Part shown: one piece after another, positions 20,203-29,658 of the stretch
How the letters are laid out: the number at the start of each line of letters is the position of its first letter
Position numbering within the stretch: the stretch's first letter is position 1
From: a virus
Taxonomy: Duplodnaviria; Heunggongvirae; Uroviricota; Caudoviricetes
Virus record (IMG/VR): IMGVR_UViG_3300028048_001599
Length of the DNA stretch: 64,000 nt
Direction: 5' to 3' (one strand)
The notes under the pieces: generated by a model
The model's database searches: none
Seen by the model: the letters and a program-made list of their open reading frames with translations, nothing else
Told to the model about the DNA's origin: nothing
Position numbers and translations under genes: made by a program

Positions 20203-20230
20203 ATGGTGTTACAAATTATTGTAACACCAT
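20203..20230. terminator. Intergenic hairpin
   Basis: Perfect 12-bp stem ATGGTGTTACAA/TTGTAACACCAT. Confidence 0.6.
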
Positions 20231-20246
20231 AATAATTTGTGAACTG

Positions 20247-20819
20247 GTGATTAAGTTGATACTTAAAAGGGATGATATAGCACTTTATAAAAACGGAAAA
20301 ACTATTTTAGATGGTTTTAACGAAATACGTGCTAATTTGAATGAAAAAACACTAAGACAGTATGTAGAACAGTACATAGAGCCTACAGGTGTGAAAGACT
20401 TTAATAGATTCTTAAGACACTTCGCAAAGACTATTGTTGTAGAATATCTACACGGTTATACGAGTGTAGAAATGTCATATTATTTATATAATACAGGATG
20501 GGGTAGGACGGATGACTATTCTTTATTTTGTACAGTGTTTAAAGTTTTAATGACAAAAAGGCATTTAGATAAGTTTAATGTTTATTTAAAGCACTTTGGT
20601 AAATCAGCATGCTACATATATCAATATAACACAGAAACAGGTGTTCAACTATACATTGATGTATTTGAAAACAAATTTTTATCAAGTTATTTATTAAGAC
20701 ATATAAAATCGCCCTCAATTGTTTATCAAGATTTATTGAGAGATTATTCATTTGAGTACTCACGTATAGAGATTCATAGATATCTTAATAGAGTATATGA
20801 AAGTATAAAGCATATTTAA
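20247..20819 (+). CDS. Hypothetical protein
   Basis: 190-aa ORF followed by hairpin AGCACAAT/ATTGTGCT. Confidence 0.65.
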   Translation: MIKLILKRDDIALYKNGKTILDGFNEIRANLNEKTLRQYVEQYIEPTGVKDFNRFLRHFAKTIVVEYLHGYTSVEMSYYLYNTGWGRTDDYSLFCTVFKVLMTKRHLDKFNVYLKHFGKSACYIYQYNTETGVQLYIDVFENKFLSSYLLRHIKSPSIVYQDLLRDYSFEYSRIEIHRYLNRVYESIKHI

Positions 20820-20986
20820 CTTTAGCACAATGATTTATTGTGCTTATTTTTATGTGATGACTTATATCAAAACATTATCACTGTTATTAAGCTTATTTAT
20901 TTTTATTTTTTAATAACTTGAATAGTAATTTGAAGGTTTTTATCTATAATACAATATAATCATAAAAAAAGTAAGAGGTGATAAAT

Positions 20987-21553
20987 ATGGGTTGGACTTC
21001 ATATAGACCTACAAAGTATAAAACAGTAAATGGTAGATTTACAGTAGACAAGTATGCTGAAGCAAGGGAAGTTGTAAACAGTTTTGGTGATAGGTTTGAG
21101 TTGTTAAAGGACTCAATGAGGGGTAATGTTTACTATGCAGCAATTAAAAATAAGGAAACAAATCTTACATTTGCAATTGTAATGCTGACTCGCTTAGATG
21201 ATGGTTGGTTTGCTTATAAAGAGATGGACGAATGTGAACATCCTTATTACTATGATTGTCCTAAGTCAATACTAAATCTATTATCCCCCACAGACCATGA
21301 AGGTGCTAAAGCATGGCGTCAAGCTTGTATTGACAAAGCAAGTGCAAAAAAGAACAAACAGACAATGTCGTCATTACCTGTTGGAACTGTTGTAAAAATT
21401 AAATTTTGTGGTGAGGATACATTAGTCAAAAAGATGCCGCCAGCATATCAGTTTAGTCGTAACTGGTGGTTAATCATAGGACAAAATAGGTATTTGTCAA
21501 AACCTTATAGGTTTGATAACGCTTTTGAGATTGTAGAAATGCCAAATAGCTAA
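20987..21553 (+). CDS. DUF6927-like protein (common on plasmids/phages)
   Basis: MGWT start after RBS GAGGTGA. Motif FAYKEMDECEHPYYYDCPKSILNLLSPT...AKAWRQAC. Confidence 0.65.
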   Translation: MGWTSYRPTKYKTVNGRFTVDKYAEAREVVNSFGDRFELLKDSMRGNVYYAAIKNKETNLTFAIVMLTRLDDGWFAYKEMDECEHPYYYDCPKSILNLLSPTDHEGAKAWRQACIDKASAKKNKQTMSSLPVGTVVKIKFCGEDTLVKKMPPAYQFSRNWWLIIGQNRYLSKPYRFDNAFEIVEMPNS

Positions 21554-21569
21554 GATAGGGGGTACTTGA

Positions 21570-21851
21570 ATGAATTATAGAATAACACGTTCTTTTCCGG
21601 AACCACATTCAAGTGATGAAATTGAGAAGTTTGCTGAATCACGTGGTATATCAGTATTTTACATGATGTTTGATGATTGTCCTTTGGCAATATTTTCAGA
21701 CACAGATATTAAACACGGTGATACAATAACCGCATTAGTACCAAAGCAAATATTTAATAGAATTGAACAAATATGGGAGTCACGTATATTCAAGGCTATT
21801 GACCCAGCAAGTACAAAGACTACAATGTTTGAAGTATTTGAGATATGCTAA
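21570..21851 (+). CDS. Hypothetical protein
   Basis: RBS AGGGGG; 93 aa. Confidence 0.65.
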   Translation: MNYRITRSFPEPHSSDEIEKFAESRGISVFYMMFDDCPLAIFSDTDIKHGDTITALVPKQIFNRIEQIWESRIFKAIDPASTKTTMFEVFEIC

Positions 21852-22009
21852 ATTTTCTCAATAAAAACATCAATTTTGGTATATTACACGATAACTAATT
21901 GTGACGATTTCAGCGGTTAAAATCAAGTAAGTGCTATCGTTATTAATGGTAACGGCAATGATGGCACAAAGTTATTCCTTATAACTAAAAAAGACATGAG
22001 GTGAATTAA

Positions 22010-22423
22010 ATGAAAAATATAGTTTCTCTTGCACTTGTGACATTAATAGCTGGTAGTTGTTTAAGCATGGCAGCATGTGATAAAGCTAAAGATGTACCTG
22101 GCGTAGATAGTGTAACAAGTGCTGCTCAAGGTTTAGGTGATACAGTCAATAAATGGGGTAGCACAGCAAAGGATTGGGTTGACGCTGGTATAAGTAATAT
22201 TAAGGACTCAGCATTAAGTCAAATCAATAGTGAAGTTGATAAATTCATGGAAGAAAACAATATACCCAAAGATAAAGCTGACGAAGTCATGGGGCTTGCT
22301 AAAGACTGGGCTAAAACAGCACTTACAGCAAGTGGTGAAATAGATAAAGCTAAGGGGTCACTGAAGGAATATTTAGCTGAGCATCTTGATGACCTTGACG
22401 TATCAAGTAGTAGCAAGAAGTAA
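22010..22423 (+). CDS. Small helical lipoprotein
   Basis: RBS GAGGTGA. Signal MKNIVSLALVTLIAGSCLSMAA-C. Confidence 0.75.
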   Translation: MKNIVSLALVTLIAGSCLSMAACDKAKDVPGVDSVTSAAQGLGDTVNKWGSTAKDWVDAGISNIKDSALSQINSEVDKFMEENNIPKDKADEVMGLAKDWAKTALTASGEIDKAKGSLKEYLAEHLDDLDVSSSSKK

Positions 22424-22449
22424 CTATAAGAAAGGGGGTAGATGTACTT

Positions 22450-22896
22450 ATGTATTATATAAAAAACGATAGCTTTCAAACATATGACGCAGCAATTGAG
22501 GAGTTCAACAAACAATGTCATAATGGTGCTATAATGATGCAGAGAACCAAAGGTTCAAGAATTGTAGACATTGTGGCATATTTGGGCTATTCTTTTTCAT
22601 ACAAGGTATTCTTCAATGACACATCTTCCCCACTCCGTAAATACTTTAACGAGAATATGGGTCAAACTGACTTTGTGGGGTACTATGAGATTTTTTATAA
22701 GAACGGTAAAAGAGAGGTTACTGAGGATTTTAACTATGTGAAACATTGCTTATCTTCACATAGTATAGACTCAGTTGCATTAAGTAATAAACATAATGGT
22801 ATGATGGTAGCATCTTATATTGTTACGTCTAAATGTGTGACATCAGAGATTAATACCAAATATGTTCCGTTATTCAGTTTGCTAAGAGAGGTGTAA
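22450..22896 (+). CDS. Hypothetical protein
   Basis: 148-aa ORF with RBS. Confidence 0.65.
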   Translation: MYYIKNDSFQTYDAAIEEFNKQCHNGAIMMQRTKGSRIVDIVAYLGYSFSYKVFFNDTSSPLRKYFNENMGQTDFVGYYEIFYKNGKREVTEDFNYVKHCLSSHSIDSVALSNKHNGMMVASYIVTSKCVTSEINTKYVPLFSLLREV

Positions 22897-22898
22897 CA

Positions 22899-23585
22899 AT
22901 GGAATTAAGAAACTATTTACCAGTTATATCATATATACAATCGTGTGTTCAGGGTGACACAGTTATAAATGCTAATAACTTTAAAGGAAATATTCTTGAC
23001 ATTAATTATGTAACGATGTTAGTTGAAGAATTAGACGGTTATGGTAATTCTATGAACGTATTCACGACTAAACTAACCATAGACGAATATTTTTCACTCC
23101 ACACATATAAGTATCGAATAACAAGTGGGGTAATAGAGCAACCCATAGTTATTAGGTGTTCTGAATCTGCACGTAAACCTATTGTAAAGGCATTAAGGGA
23201 AAAATATAGGAATGTAGGGGAACTAAAGAGTGTAAGACCAAACCTTGAAGATTACCAGCCTATTTTAGTAGATGGTAAAGTTACAAAGATTTATCAGTTA
23301 AATAATAAACAATTGGTATTGTGTTTAAATGACTTCACCTATGAGGTTTATCATTTAAACGGTTCTAAGGTTGTTTCGATGATACTAAAAATGATATCCG
23401 AGGACTTGCACAATTTGGGGTACACTCATTGTGGTTTTGTAGTTTTTTCAGACAATGGAAAAGCTGATAGAAAAGCTGCATACAGATATAAAAATTATAC
23501 AGTATTAATAGGTAAAAAAGAACTTCAAAAGTTGTTGGATACGAATGAAATTTATTTAAGTTTAATAGAAGGTGACATATTATGA
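22899..23585 (+). CDS. Hypothetical protein
   Basis: 228 aa, translationally coupled to its neighbours. Confidence 0.7.
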   Translation: MELRNYLPVISYIQSCVQGDTVINANNFKGNILDINYVTMLVEELDGYGNSMNVFTTKLTIDEYFSLHTYKYRITSGVIEQPIVIRCSESARKPIVKALREKYRNVGELKSVRPNLEDYQPILVDGKVTKIYQLNNKQLVLCLNDFTYEVYHLNGSKVVSMILKMISEDLHNLGYTHCGFVVFSDNGKADRKAAYRYKNYTVLIGKKELQKLLDTNEIYLSLIEGDIL

Positions 23586-24103
23586 ACAACATCGACTTTG
23601 TTAGTACGCTATTTATGGACATATATGATGAGATAACCGAAATAATTGGTTCTGACCACATGCCAGAATTATTTGATTATGAAGGGGTAGTCATAAACCA
23701 AAGATTAAAAAGAGCTCTTGCAAGGTGTATTCAAAGACCTATGACTTATGGACCTCCTACATATAGATTTGATGTTTCACCTTTATTTTTTAAGTTGGAC
23801 TATGAGAATCAAAGAAATGTTGTAGCACATGAGTGGATTCATGCGATGTGTCGATATGGTGAACGTCACCGTGCACAGTTTAAGTATTATATGAATATAC
23901 TTAATAAACATGGTTTTAATGTTTCTGTAACTGAGTCTTACTCAAATTTGGGTTTAGAATCACCTAATGAAGAACCTAAATATATTTTAAAGTGTATCAA
24001 ATGTGGTCGTCAATTTACAAGAAATCGTATGTGTGATGTAATAAAATATAGTAATAGATACCAACACACAGGTTGTGGTGGTTCACTGCAAAGGGTAAAG
24101 TAG
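23582..24103 (+). CDS. SprT-like zinc metalloprotease
   Basis: INQRLKRALARC, HEWIH zincin motif, HRAQFK, and C-terminal Zn ribbon CIKC...HTGCGG. Confidence 0.85.
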   Translation: MNNIDFVSTLFMDIYDEITEIIGSDHMPELFDYEGVVINQRLKRALARCIQRPMTYGPPTYRFDVSPLFFKLDYENQRNVVAHEWIHAMCRYGERHRAQFKYYMNILNKHGFNVSVTESYSNLGLESPNEEPKYILKCIKCGRQFTRNRMCDVIKYSNRYQHTGCGGSLQRVK

Positions 24104-24111
24104 GTGTTATC

Positions 24112-24555
24112 ATGGATTTACATTATAAGATAATAGCAAGAATAATGGACGGATCAGAAATAAAGGGGTACTTGCTTGAAGATAAGACCTGGAAGTTTAA
24201 GCGTTTCTCTATTACTGATGTATCAAAATTAATAAAAGACGGGGTAGTTGATAATGCTTACAAACGTGGTTCAGAGATAAAAATAAGGGGTCAAGCTGAA
24301 CATTTGATTCCAACTTATGACTCATACATGGTTTGGCGTCCTTGTAATCTTGCAACAATACTTGGTGAAAGAGTTATAGATGGTCAAAAGTTATTTGAAG
24401 TAATGTTTATGAATTTACAGCACTATTTATATACAGAGGAAGACGTAGTTCAGTTGTCATACGCTTATATGTTTTCCAATGCAAAAGTGATGAATGGTAA
24501 GATAGTACCAAGATACGGTGAGTTCTTTAAATACATAGAGGGGGTAGTAAAATGA
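24112..24555 (+). CDS. Hypothetical protein, paralog of the 16766 N-terminal half
   Basis: ATG 24112 after RBS AGGTG. Internal duplication pattern (I.ARI.DG / LGERVIDG). Confidence 0.7.
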   Translation: MDLHYKIIARIMDGSEIKGYLLEDKTWKFKRFSITDVSKLIKDGVVDNAYKRGSEIKIRGQAEHLIPTYDSYMVWRPCNLATILGERVIDGQKLFEVMFMNLQHYLYTEEDVVQLSYAYMFSNAKVMNGKIVPRYGEFFKYIEGVVK

Positions 24556-25043
24556 CACATAGTAAAATTATGCAACAGCAAAGGTTTAGCATTATACGTT
24601 CTCAGTTATTAAACTATGAGATAGTAGAGTTCAAAATAAATCAGAGGTATAAATCAGACGGTTTACCTGTGTTTTCTTTATTTGTAGGTCGTTTAAAATT
24701 ATTCGAGACCTGTGACTTATCAGTAAACGTCAGAACGACACTGATAGCAAGACTGATTAACGAACTGTTTCCGGGAGAACTATCATCATTTTATAATTAC
24801 TGTGCTTATGAATTGAAAAAAGTTCCTGAATGGTTATGTTTAACAAGAGTAGGTAAAGACTTTGTAGAACAAATGGGTTCTGATTATCGTTTAGCAACAA
24901 CAGGTATAAGTTATGTAAATATAAAACCAAAGGGTATCACCGAGTCAGAGCTTCAGATGTTATTAGTAAATCTGGGGTACTCATTCAACGGTACATCAGA
25001 AAATTCCTTTACATTAAGTAAAAATATGGGTCATATGTTATAA
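24552..25043 (+). CDS. Hypothetical protein, paralog of 14673-15137
   Basis: KSDGLPVFSL...TCDL...LINEL. Confidence 0.7.
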   Translation: MTHSKIMQQQRFSIIRSQLLNYEIVEFKINQRYKSDGLPVFSLFVGRLKLFETCDLSVNVRTTLIARLINELFPGELSSFYNYCAYELKKVPEWLCLTRVGKDFVEQMGSDYRLATTGISYVNIKPKGITESELQMLLVNLGYSFNGTSENSFTLSKNMGHML

Positions 25044-25060
25044 ATGGGGGTGTACTGATA

Positions 25061-25462
25061 ATGACGGGTGATACAAAAGCAAGATGTGAACTTGCTATGA
25101 CTGGACGTGTAGTAAAATGTACTAATTCTGAAGTTGTTGACTGTATTAGGTATATAAGTAAAGTGGTTCAAAAGTGGACTACAGATGTTCAAGAAAAAGT
25201 AAATTCATTCTTAGAATACCTTAAAACGAGTAGTGACAATTTAAAGGTTCGTTCTATGGTATGTAATACGATATATGAAGATACATGTATAACTTTTTTG
25301 ATTGAAGCCAAGAGTTTGCCAAAACCTTTTGAAACTGATTATGGTTCGGGTTACCCTTGTTCTTATAGTTATACTCTTAATCTGTCTTGTCCATATTTTT
25401 CAGAGTTTGGGGATACATTCTATGAGAAACGTTCAGATGGTTTTTATCATCGTGTATCATAG
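25061..25462 (+). CDS. Hypothetical protein
   Basis: 133 aa with RBS; ends in PYFSEFGD...FYHRVS. Confidence 0.7.
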   Translation: MTGDTKARCELAMTGRVVKCTNSEVVDCIRYISKVVQKWTTDVQEKVNSFLEYLKTSSDNLKVRSMVCNTIYEDTCITFLIEAKSLPKPFETDYGSGYPCSYSYTLNLSCPYFSEFGDTFYEKRSDGFYHRVS

Positions 25463-25473
25463 GAGGTAGGAAC

Positions 25474-26046
25474 ATGTATTATGAAATAGCATACAAATTA
25501 AATGGTAGATCAGACCTGATAAATACTACAACAAGTAGTATGGAGAAGGTTCAATCACTAATAGGACAACTTCAGGGAAAAGGTTTCATCACATATATTG
25601 GTAAATTTGGTAGTAAAGATGAAATGCTCTCACAGGAATCAATTGTAAGGACAGAGTTAAATGTTTTCTTCTACAATTCAGCTAAACGTAGTGTGTACTA
25701 TGATAAAGTAACAGATTTTGAGCAAATGTCCATAGACCTTGTATTTGATGATGTTATTTCCTCAGATTTTATAAGTAACACATATAAGAAAATAAAGCAA
25801 GACATAGTCACCAAGGGGTACTGTGCAAAAGAAGATGACATAAAAAGAGCCATCGCACGTAGTGCATATTTCATCGGTTTGGGTGGTTGCATGACTTACA
25901 TAAATGAAACTGATGTTTATTATGTAATAGAGCGACTGAACTTTGTTTGGAAGATAAGACTTACTAAAGATAGGTCACATCAGCGTGAGTTCACATACAG
26001 CAATAGTAGATATATAGATAGAAATGATTATGATTTTAACAAGTGA
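25474..26046 (+). CDS. Hypothetical protein
   Basis: RBS AGGAGG; 190 aa. Confidence 0.75.
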   Translation: MYYEIAYKLNGRSDLINTTTSSMEKVQSLIGQLQGKGFITYIGKFGSKDEMLSQESIVRTELNVFFYNSAKRSVYYDKVTDFEQMSIDLVFDDVISSDFISNTYKKIKQDIVTKGYCAKEDDIKRAIARSAYFIGLGGCMTYINETDVYYVIERLNFVWKIRLTKDRSHQREFTYSNSRYIDRNDYDFNK

Positions 26047-26059
26047 GGTAAAGTAAATT

Positions 26060-26515
26060 ATGGATAAATAGATATTAATAGGTATACTTGCATGTGTTGT
26101 AGTTGCAGGTGGTGTTGTAGCCGTAGTAGCTACCAACTCTGCAAAGCAAGACAGTAATGAAAAAGTAGTCAACAGTAGAGTATCAGGGGTACTTGACAGT
26201 CTTGCTGCTGAAACTGTGTGGAATGATATAATGCACACAAATATGCAATCTTGGTTGTATAGTCAAGTTAAGAACGGAAAAGCAAAAGTAACATGTGATA
26301 AAATTCTCCAAAAGTTAAATAAAATAGCAAACGAGAAGGTTTCTATTGATGACATTGAAGATATTAGATTGTATTGCTCAGTAGTTGATATAAAGTATAA
26401 CATAGGGGTAACACAATTTTATGACCACACACTTAATGCTTTGACAACAGCACCCGTAGTTATCTTGAAGTATTACGTGGTACAATATATTAAAGAACAT
26501 ATAAGAAACGCATGA
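26060..26515 (+). pseudogene. Exported/membrane-anchored protein gene with an in-frame TAG at codon 4
   Basis: RBS GAGGT, then ATG 26060 MDK*ILIGILACVVVAGGVVAVVAT..., in frame with ORF 26216-26515. Confidence 0.65.
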
Positions 26516-26527
26516 GGATGATGTCAT

Positions 26528-26932
26528 ATGGTATTTAATTTAGTAATGTCAATACTTCTTGTATGTTTCCTCATTGCTGATATGGTTTTAATTGCAATTA
26601 GAATATCTTTAAGACTACGTTGTAATAGGGAAACAAAGGCAATAATAGTAGACAAGGTAGAATTAAGTGTAAACGATTTTGAAGCACCTTTATATTTTCC
26701 AGAAATTCGTTATACTGTAAACAACGAGGTATATAATAAAATAGCAAAAGTGGGGTACTCAAACGATTTATTCTCACGTAAATTTATATTAGGTCAAGAA
26801 ATTGATATTCTTTATAACGAGTCTGACCCCGATGATTACTGTATTAAAGACGGTAAGGTACTCAATATCTTAATCGTTAGTTTCTCAGTAGCTGTCATTA
26901 TATTATTCACAGTTTGGGCACTCACATTATAA
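26528..26932 (+). CDS. DUF3592-like membrane protein
   Basis: N- and C-terminal TM segments flanking PEIRYTVNNEVY...GQEIDILYNESDPD. Confidence 0.7.
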   Translation: MVFNLVMSILLVCFLIADMVLIAIRISLRLRCNRETKAIIVDKVELSVNDFEAPLYFPEIRYTVNNEVYNKIAKVGYSNDLFSRKFILGQEIDILYNESDPDDYCIKDGKVLNILIVSFSVAVIILFTVWALTL

Positions 26933-26988
26933 TCTAATACGTCTTTCTATAATATTTAGGTTTAAAATTTAAGCCAAAATAAAATGAG

Positions 26989-28020
26989 GTGGTAATAATG
27001 AAAACAGTATTTAAGAAATGTATTGCTATTGCCATGACAATAGCATGTCTGGGAGGGGTAGGCACAATCGCTTTTATTGGTGATACTGCTCCTGTTGGTA
27101 TCACAGCTAACGCTACTCAGGGTGAAAACCCTGTTTTGGGTGATATTCGTAATCCTGGTAAGTTCACAAAAGAACTGAGAACAATCAATGGCAATGGTGT
27201 ATCTAAATTCAAGGCTTACCGTAGTGGTTTAAAGGTGACAAAAATAGTTATTAAGAATACGTCAGGAAAAACTCTCAGTACTAAAGAAGCTTGTGTTTCT
27301 ACTTCAATAAAGAAATGGACAAACTCTGCTAAGAGTAACACCTATGCACAGATTTCACTTAAAAGTAATGGTGTCAATATAGTTCATGTTTACTATAATG
27401 ATGGTAATTCACAGACAATTAGAGTCGAAGCAAACAAATACACCTATTCTTATAAGGACTCAGGTTTTGCAAGTAATTTTGGTCTTGTAAATCATGGTTT
27501 AGCAGCTGTCAAGCAGAAATGGTGGTATGAGTATGGTGGGAAGAAGATAGGTAGTGTAGATTGTGCTTCTCTCATATACACTTACAGAAATGTAGGTGGT
27601 CAGAATAAAATGGACTTTTTGAGTAATACTAAAGCAGAAGGTCTAAAGTGGGGGTACGTTAAGAATGGTATTCCGAGGGTTCATGGTTTAGGTTTACACC
27701 AACCTGGTCATGTTGCAATTTATGCAGGTAATGGTAATACAATTGATGCTAGAAGTTATGATGAGTATTGTGTTAAAAAATATTATAATTTTGCAAGTAA
27801 TTTCAATGAATGGTTTTATATCGTAGGTGTTAAATACCCTGTTACTGGTTGGGTCAAGATTGATGGTAAACCTTATTACTATCAGAATGGTCAGTACCTT
27901 GTAAATTGCACAAAGAAAATCAACGGTGTAACTTATAAGTTTGCATCTAATGGGGTAGCTAATAAGAATCCGGCTGAGAGTGCATATAGTAAAACACAGT
28001 ATAAAGTATATAAAAAGTAA
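26989..28020 (+). CDS. Secreted NlpC/P60 cell-wall peptidase with C-terminal wall-binding-like repeats
   Basis: Signal ending GITANA. YEYGG...VDCASL (Cys) and PGHVAIYAGNG (His). TGWVKIDGKPYYY...INGVTYKF. Confidence 0.8.
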   Translation: MVIMKTVFKKCIAIAMTIACLGGVGTIAFIGDTAPVGITANATQGENPVLGDIRNPGKFTKELRTINGNGVSKFKAYRSGLKVTKIVIKNTSGKTLSTKEACVSTSIKKWTNSAKSNTYAQISLKSNGVNIVHVYYNDGNSQTIRVEANKYTYSYKDSGFASNFGLVNHGLAAVKQKWWYEYGGKKIGSVDCASLIYTYRNVGGQNKMDFLSNTKAEGLKWGYVKNGIPRVHGLGLHQPGHVAIYAGNGNTIDARSYDEYCVKKYYNFASNFNEWFYIVGVKYPVTGWVKIDGKPYYYQNGQYLVNCTKKINGVTYKFASNGVANKNPAESAYSKTQYKVYKK

Positions 28021-28115
28021 GATATAACTTTTTGTATATGTTTATACTCATAATATTTACTTATAACTTCAGTCTTTGATTATACCGAAAATCACTTACT
28101 TTACATTAACTAATA

Positions 28116-28152
28116 TTAAGGACTTTGGTGTATAATTAACTAAAGTCCTTAA
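28116..28152. repeat. Hairpin of the TAAGGACTTT family (copy A)
   Basis: TTAAGGACTTTGGT/ACTAAAGTCCTTAA; the loop contains TATAAT. Confidence 0.7.
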
Positions 28153-28181
28153 ATTATTTTATATAGATAAGAGGTGTATTT

Positions 28182-28472
28182 ATGGTACGATTATACAGTA
28201 ACGGAAACATAGATTTAAAAAATGATACATTAATTAATTGTTCTGATGACATAGTATTTTCAACATTTTGTAATGAATTAATGCGTATTCAATGCTTTGA
28301 TATTGAGTATAGTGCGAAGTACTGGTTATTTATGTGTTCAAACGTTCCTAATAGGGCGTACCGGGTTTCAAGAGCGATATTATCTGTATATAAGCAAGGC
28401 AAGACAGTGAAGTTAAAGGCTGTAAAACCGTCAGATAGTGAATTACAGGCAATAAACATATTCTTTAGTTAA
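28182..28472 (+). CDS. Hypothetical protein
   Basis: RBS GAGGTG; 96 aa. Confidence 0.7.
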   Translation: MVRLYSNGNIDLKNDTLINCSDDIVFSTFCNELMRIQCFDIEYSAKYWLFMCSNVPNRAYRVSRAILSVYKQGKTVKLKAVKPSDSELQAINIFFS

Positions 28473-28531
28473 TCAGAAACGGTATCAAAGTAAGATAATA
28501 AATTGGTAAACGGATAAATGGGGGTGATTTT

Positions 28532-28822
28532 ATGAAACGTAAGATTAAATTATACACACGTGAACTATTGGATTACCTACACAGTATAAATAACGATTCC
28601 TATGAGGTTGTCAGCAAGAGTATACCTGACATGGACGGAAGGTATATTAGGGGTAATATTTATAAGTTATCACGGTCATTGACATATGAAGAAAAGATGT
28701 ACTTGGATAGTTTTGCAAACATAGTGTTAATGCGATCACGTTCTCAATATGCACCAGAACAAGTCAAGGATTGCGTATGGCTTGGTGACATTTGTTTAAA
28801 AAGTAAAAAGGAGGCTATGTAA
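28532..28822 (+). CDS. Hypothetical protein
   Basis: RBS GGGGTGA; 96 aa. Confidence 0.7.
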   Translation: MKRKIKLYTRELLDYLHSINNDSYEVVSKSIPDMDGRYIRGNIYKLSRSLTYEEKMYLDSFANIVLMRSRSQYAPEQVKDCVWLGDICLKSKKEAM

Positions 28823-28823
28823 G

Positions 28824-29093
28824 ATGACACCTAATATCACAGCTAATAGAAAATGGTCAATATCATCTGTAAGGGCGGCATGTATATCAAACAGTCTATA
28901 TACCAATGGTGATAATGATGCATACAGTAAAATGCTCGATTATGTTAATGAGCACAAACCTACTTATGTTAATATTTATAAAGTAGCAAAGGATATCTGT
29001 AATCACAGTGTGTATCAAACAATAACAAATGTAATGTATATTCTTGAACAACAGGCGGTTATAACTACATTTGAGTTAGACGGTCAAGAATAA
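28824..29093 (+). CDS. Hypothetical protein
   Basis: RBS AGGAGG; 89 aa. Confidence 0.7.
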   Translation: MTPNITANRKWSISSVRAACISNSLYTNGDNDAYSKMLDYVNEHKPTYVNIYKVAKDICNHSVYQTITNVMYILEQQAVITTFELDGQE

Positions 29094-29101
29094 TAAAGTA
29101 A

Positions 29102-29136
29102 TAAGGACTTTAGTTCAAATTAAGCTAAAGTCTTTA
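29102..29136. repeat. Hairpin of the TAAGGACTTT family (copy B)
   Basis: TAAGGACTTTAGTT/AGCTAAAGTCTTTA. Confidence 0.7.
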
Positions 29137-29178
29137 AGAAATAAATAACCATTTAAGATAATAAAGTAGGTTGATGAT

Positions 29179-29406
29179 ATGAGAATAAATTTTCAGTATA
29201 AAGCAAGACGGGGTAGGGATGGATGTGCCTACAATACTCATGTGTCTATGTTTCCAGAGGAGCGACGGTTGTACGTTTGCAAATCTCCCTACATTAACAA
29301 TTATTGCATAAATGTTGTTTCAAAATCTGAACTGGAAGAAATGATAGATAGTTGCAGACGTAACGGTTGGTTAATAACCGATACACGGGAGGAAAAAGAA
29401 TCATGA
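29179..29406 (+). CDS. Hypothetical protein
   Basis: 75 aa; overlaps the next gene at ATGA. Confidence 0.6.
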   Translation: MRINFQYKARRGRDGCAYNTHVSMFPEERRLYVCKSPYINNYCINVVSKSELEEMIDSCRRNGWLITDTREEKES

Positions 29407-29633
29407 ATATCGAACAGTTATGGGCACAACTTGTTCAAGAGTATGGTCAGGTTATAATGGAACAGTATCAACTAATGAACAGTGGTAACAATCCGGATTT
29501 ATCTATATATCATAATGCAATAGGTGTACTTCAAGGTTATAGTCGTGCTTGTTATGAAACAGGTGTTGTTACTGGAAACGATTATAATGTGATGGTTCAG
29601 CAAATCGAATGTTTAAGACGTGGTAATTTTTAA
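29403..29633 (+). CDS. Hypothetical protein
   Basis: RBS GGAGG before ATG 29403. Confidence 0.65.
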   Translation: MNIEQLWAQLVQEYGQVIMEQYQLMNSGNNPDLSIYHNAIGVLQGYSRACYETGVVTGNDYNVMVQQIECLRRGNF

Positions 29634-29658
29634 TAATACTTAAAGTGGTGATGAATAA

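Noticed and set aside
8258-26515. Alternative genetic code (TGA or TAG reassignment)
   Set aside because: Long genes are intact under the standard code, and TGA/TAG terminate many genes immediately before the next RBS.
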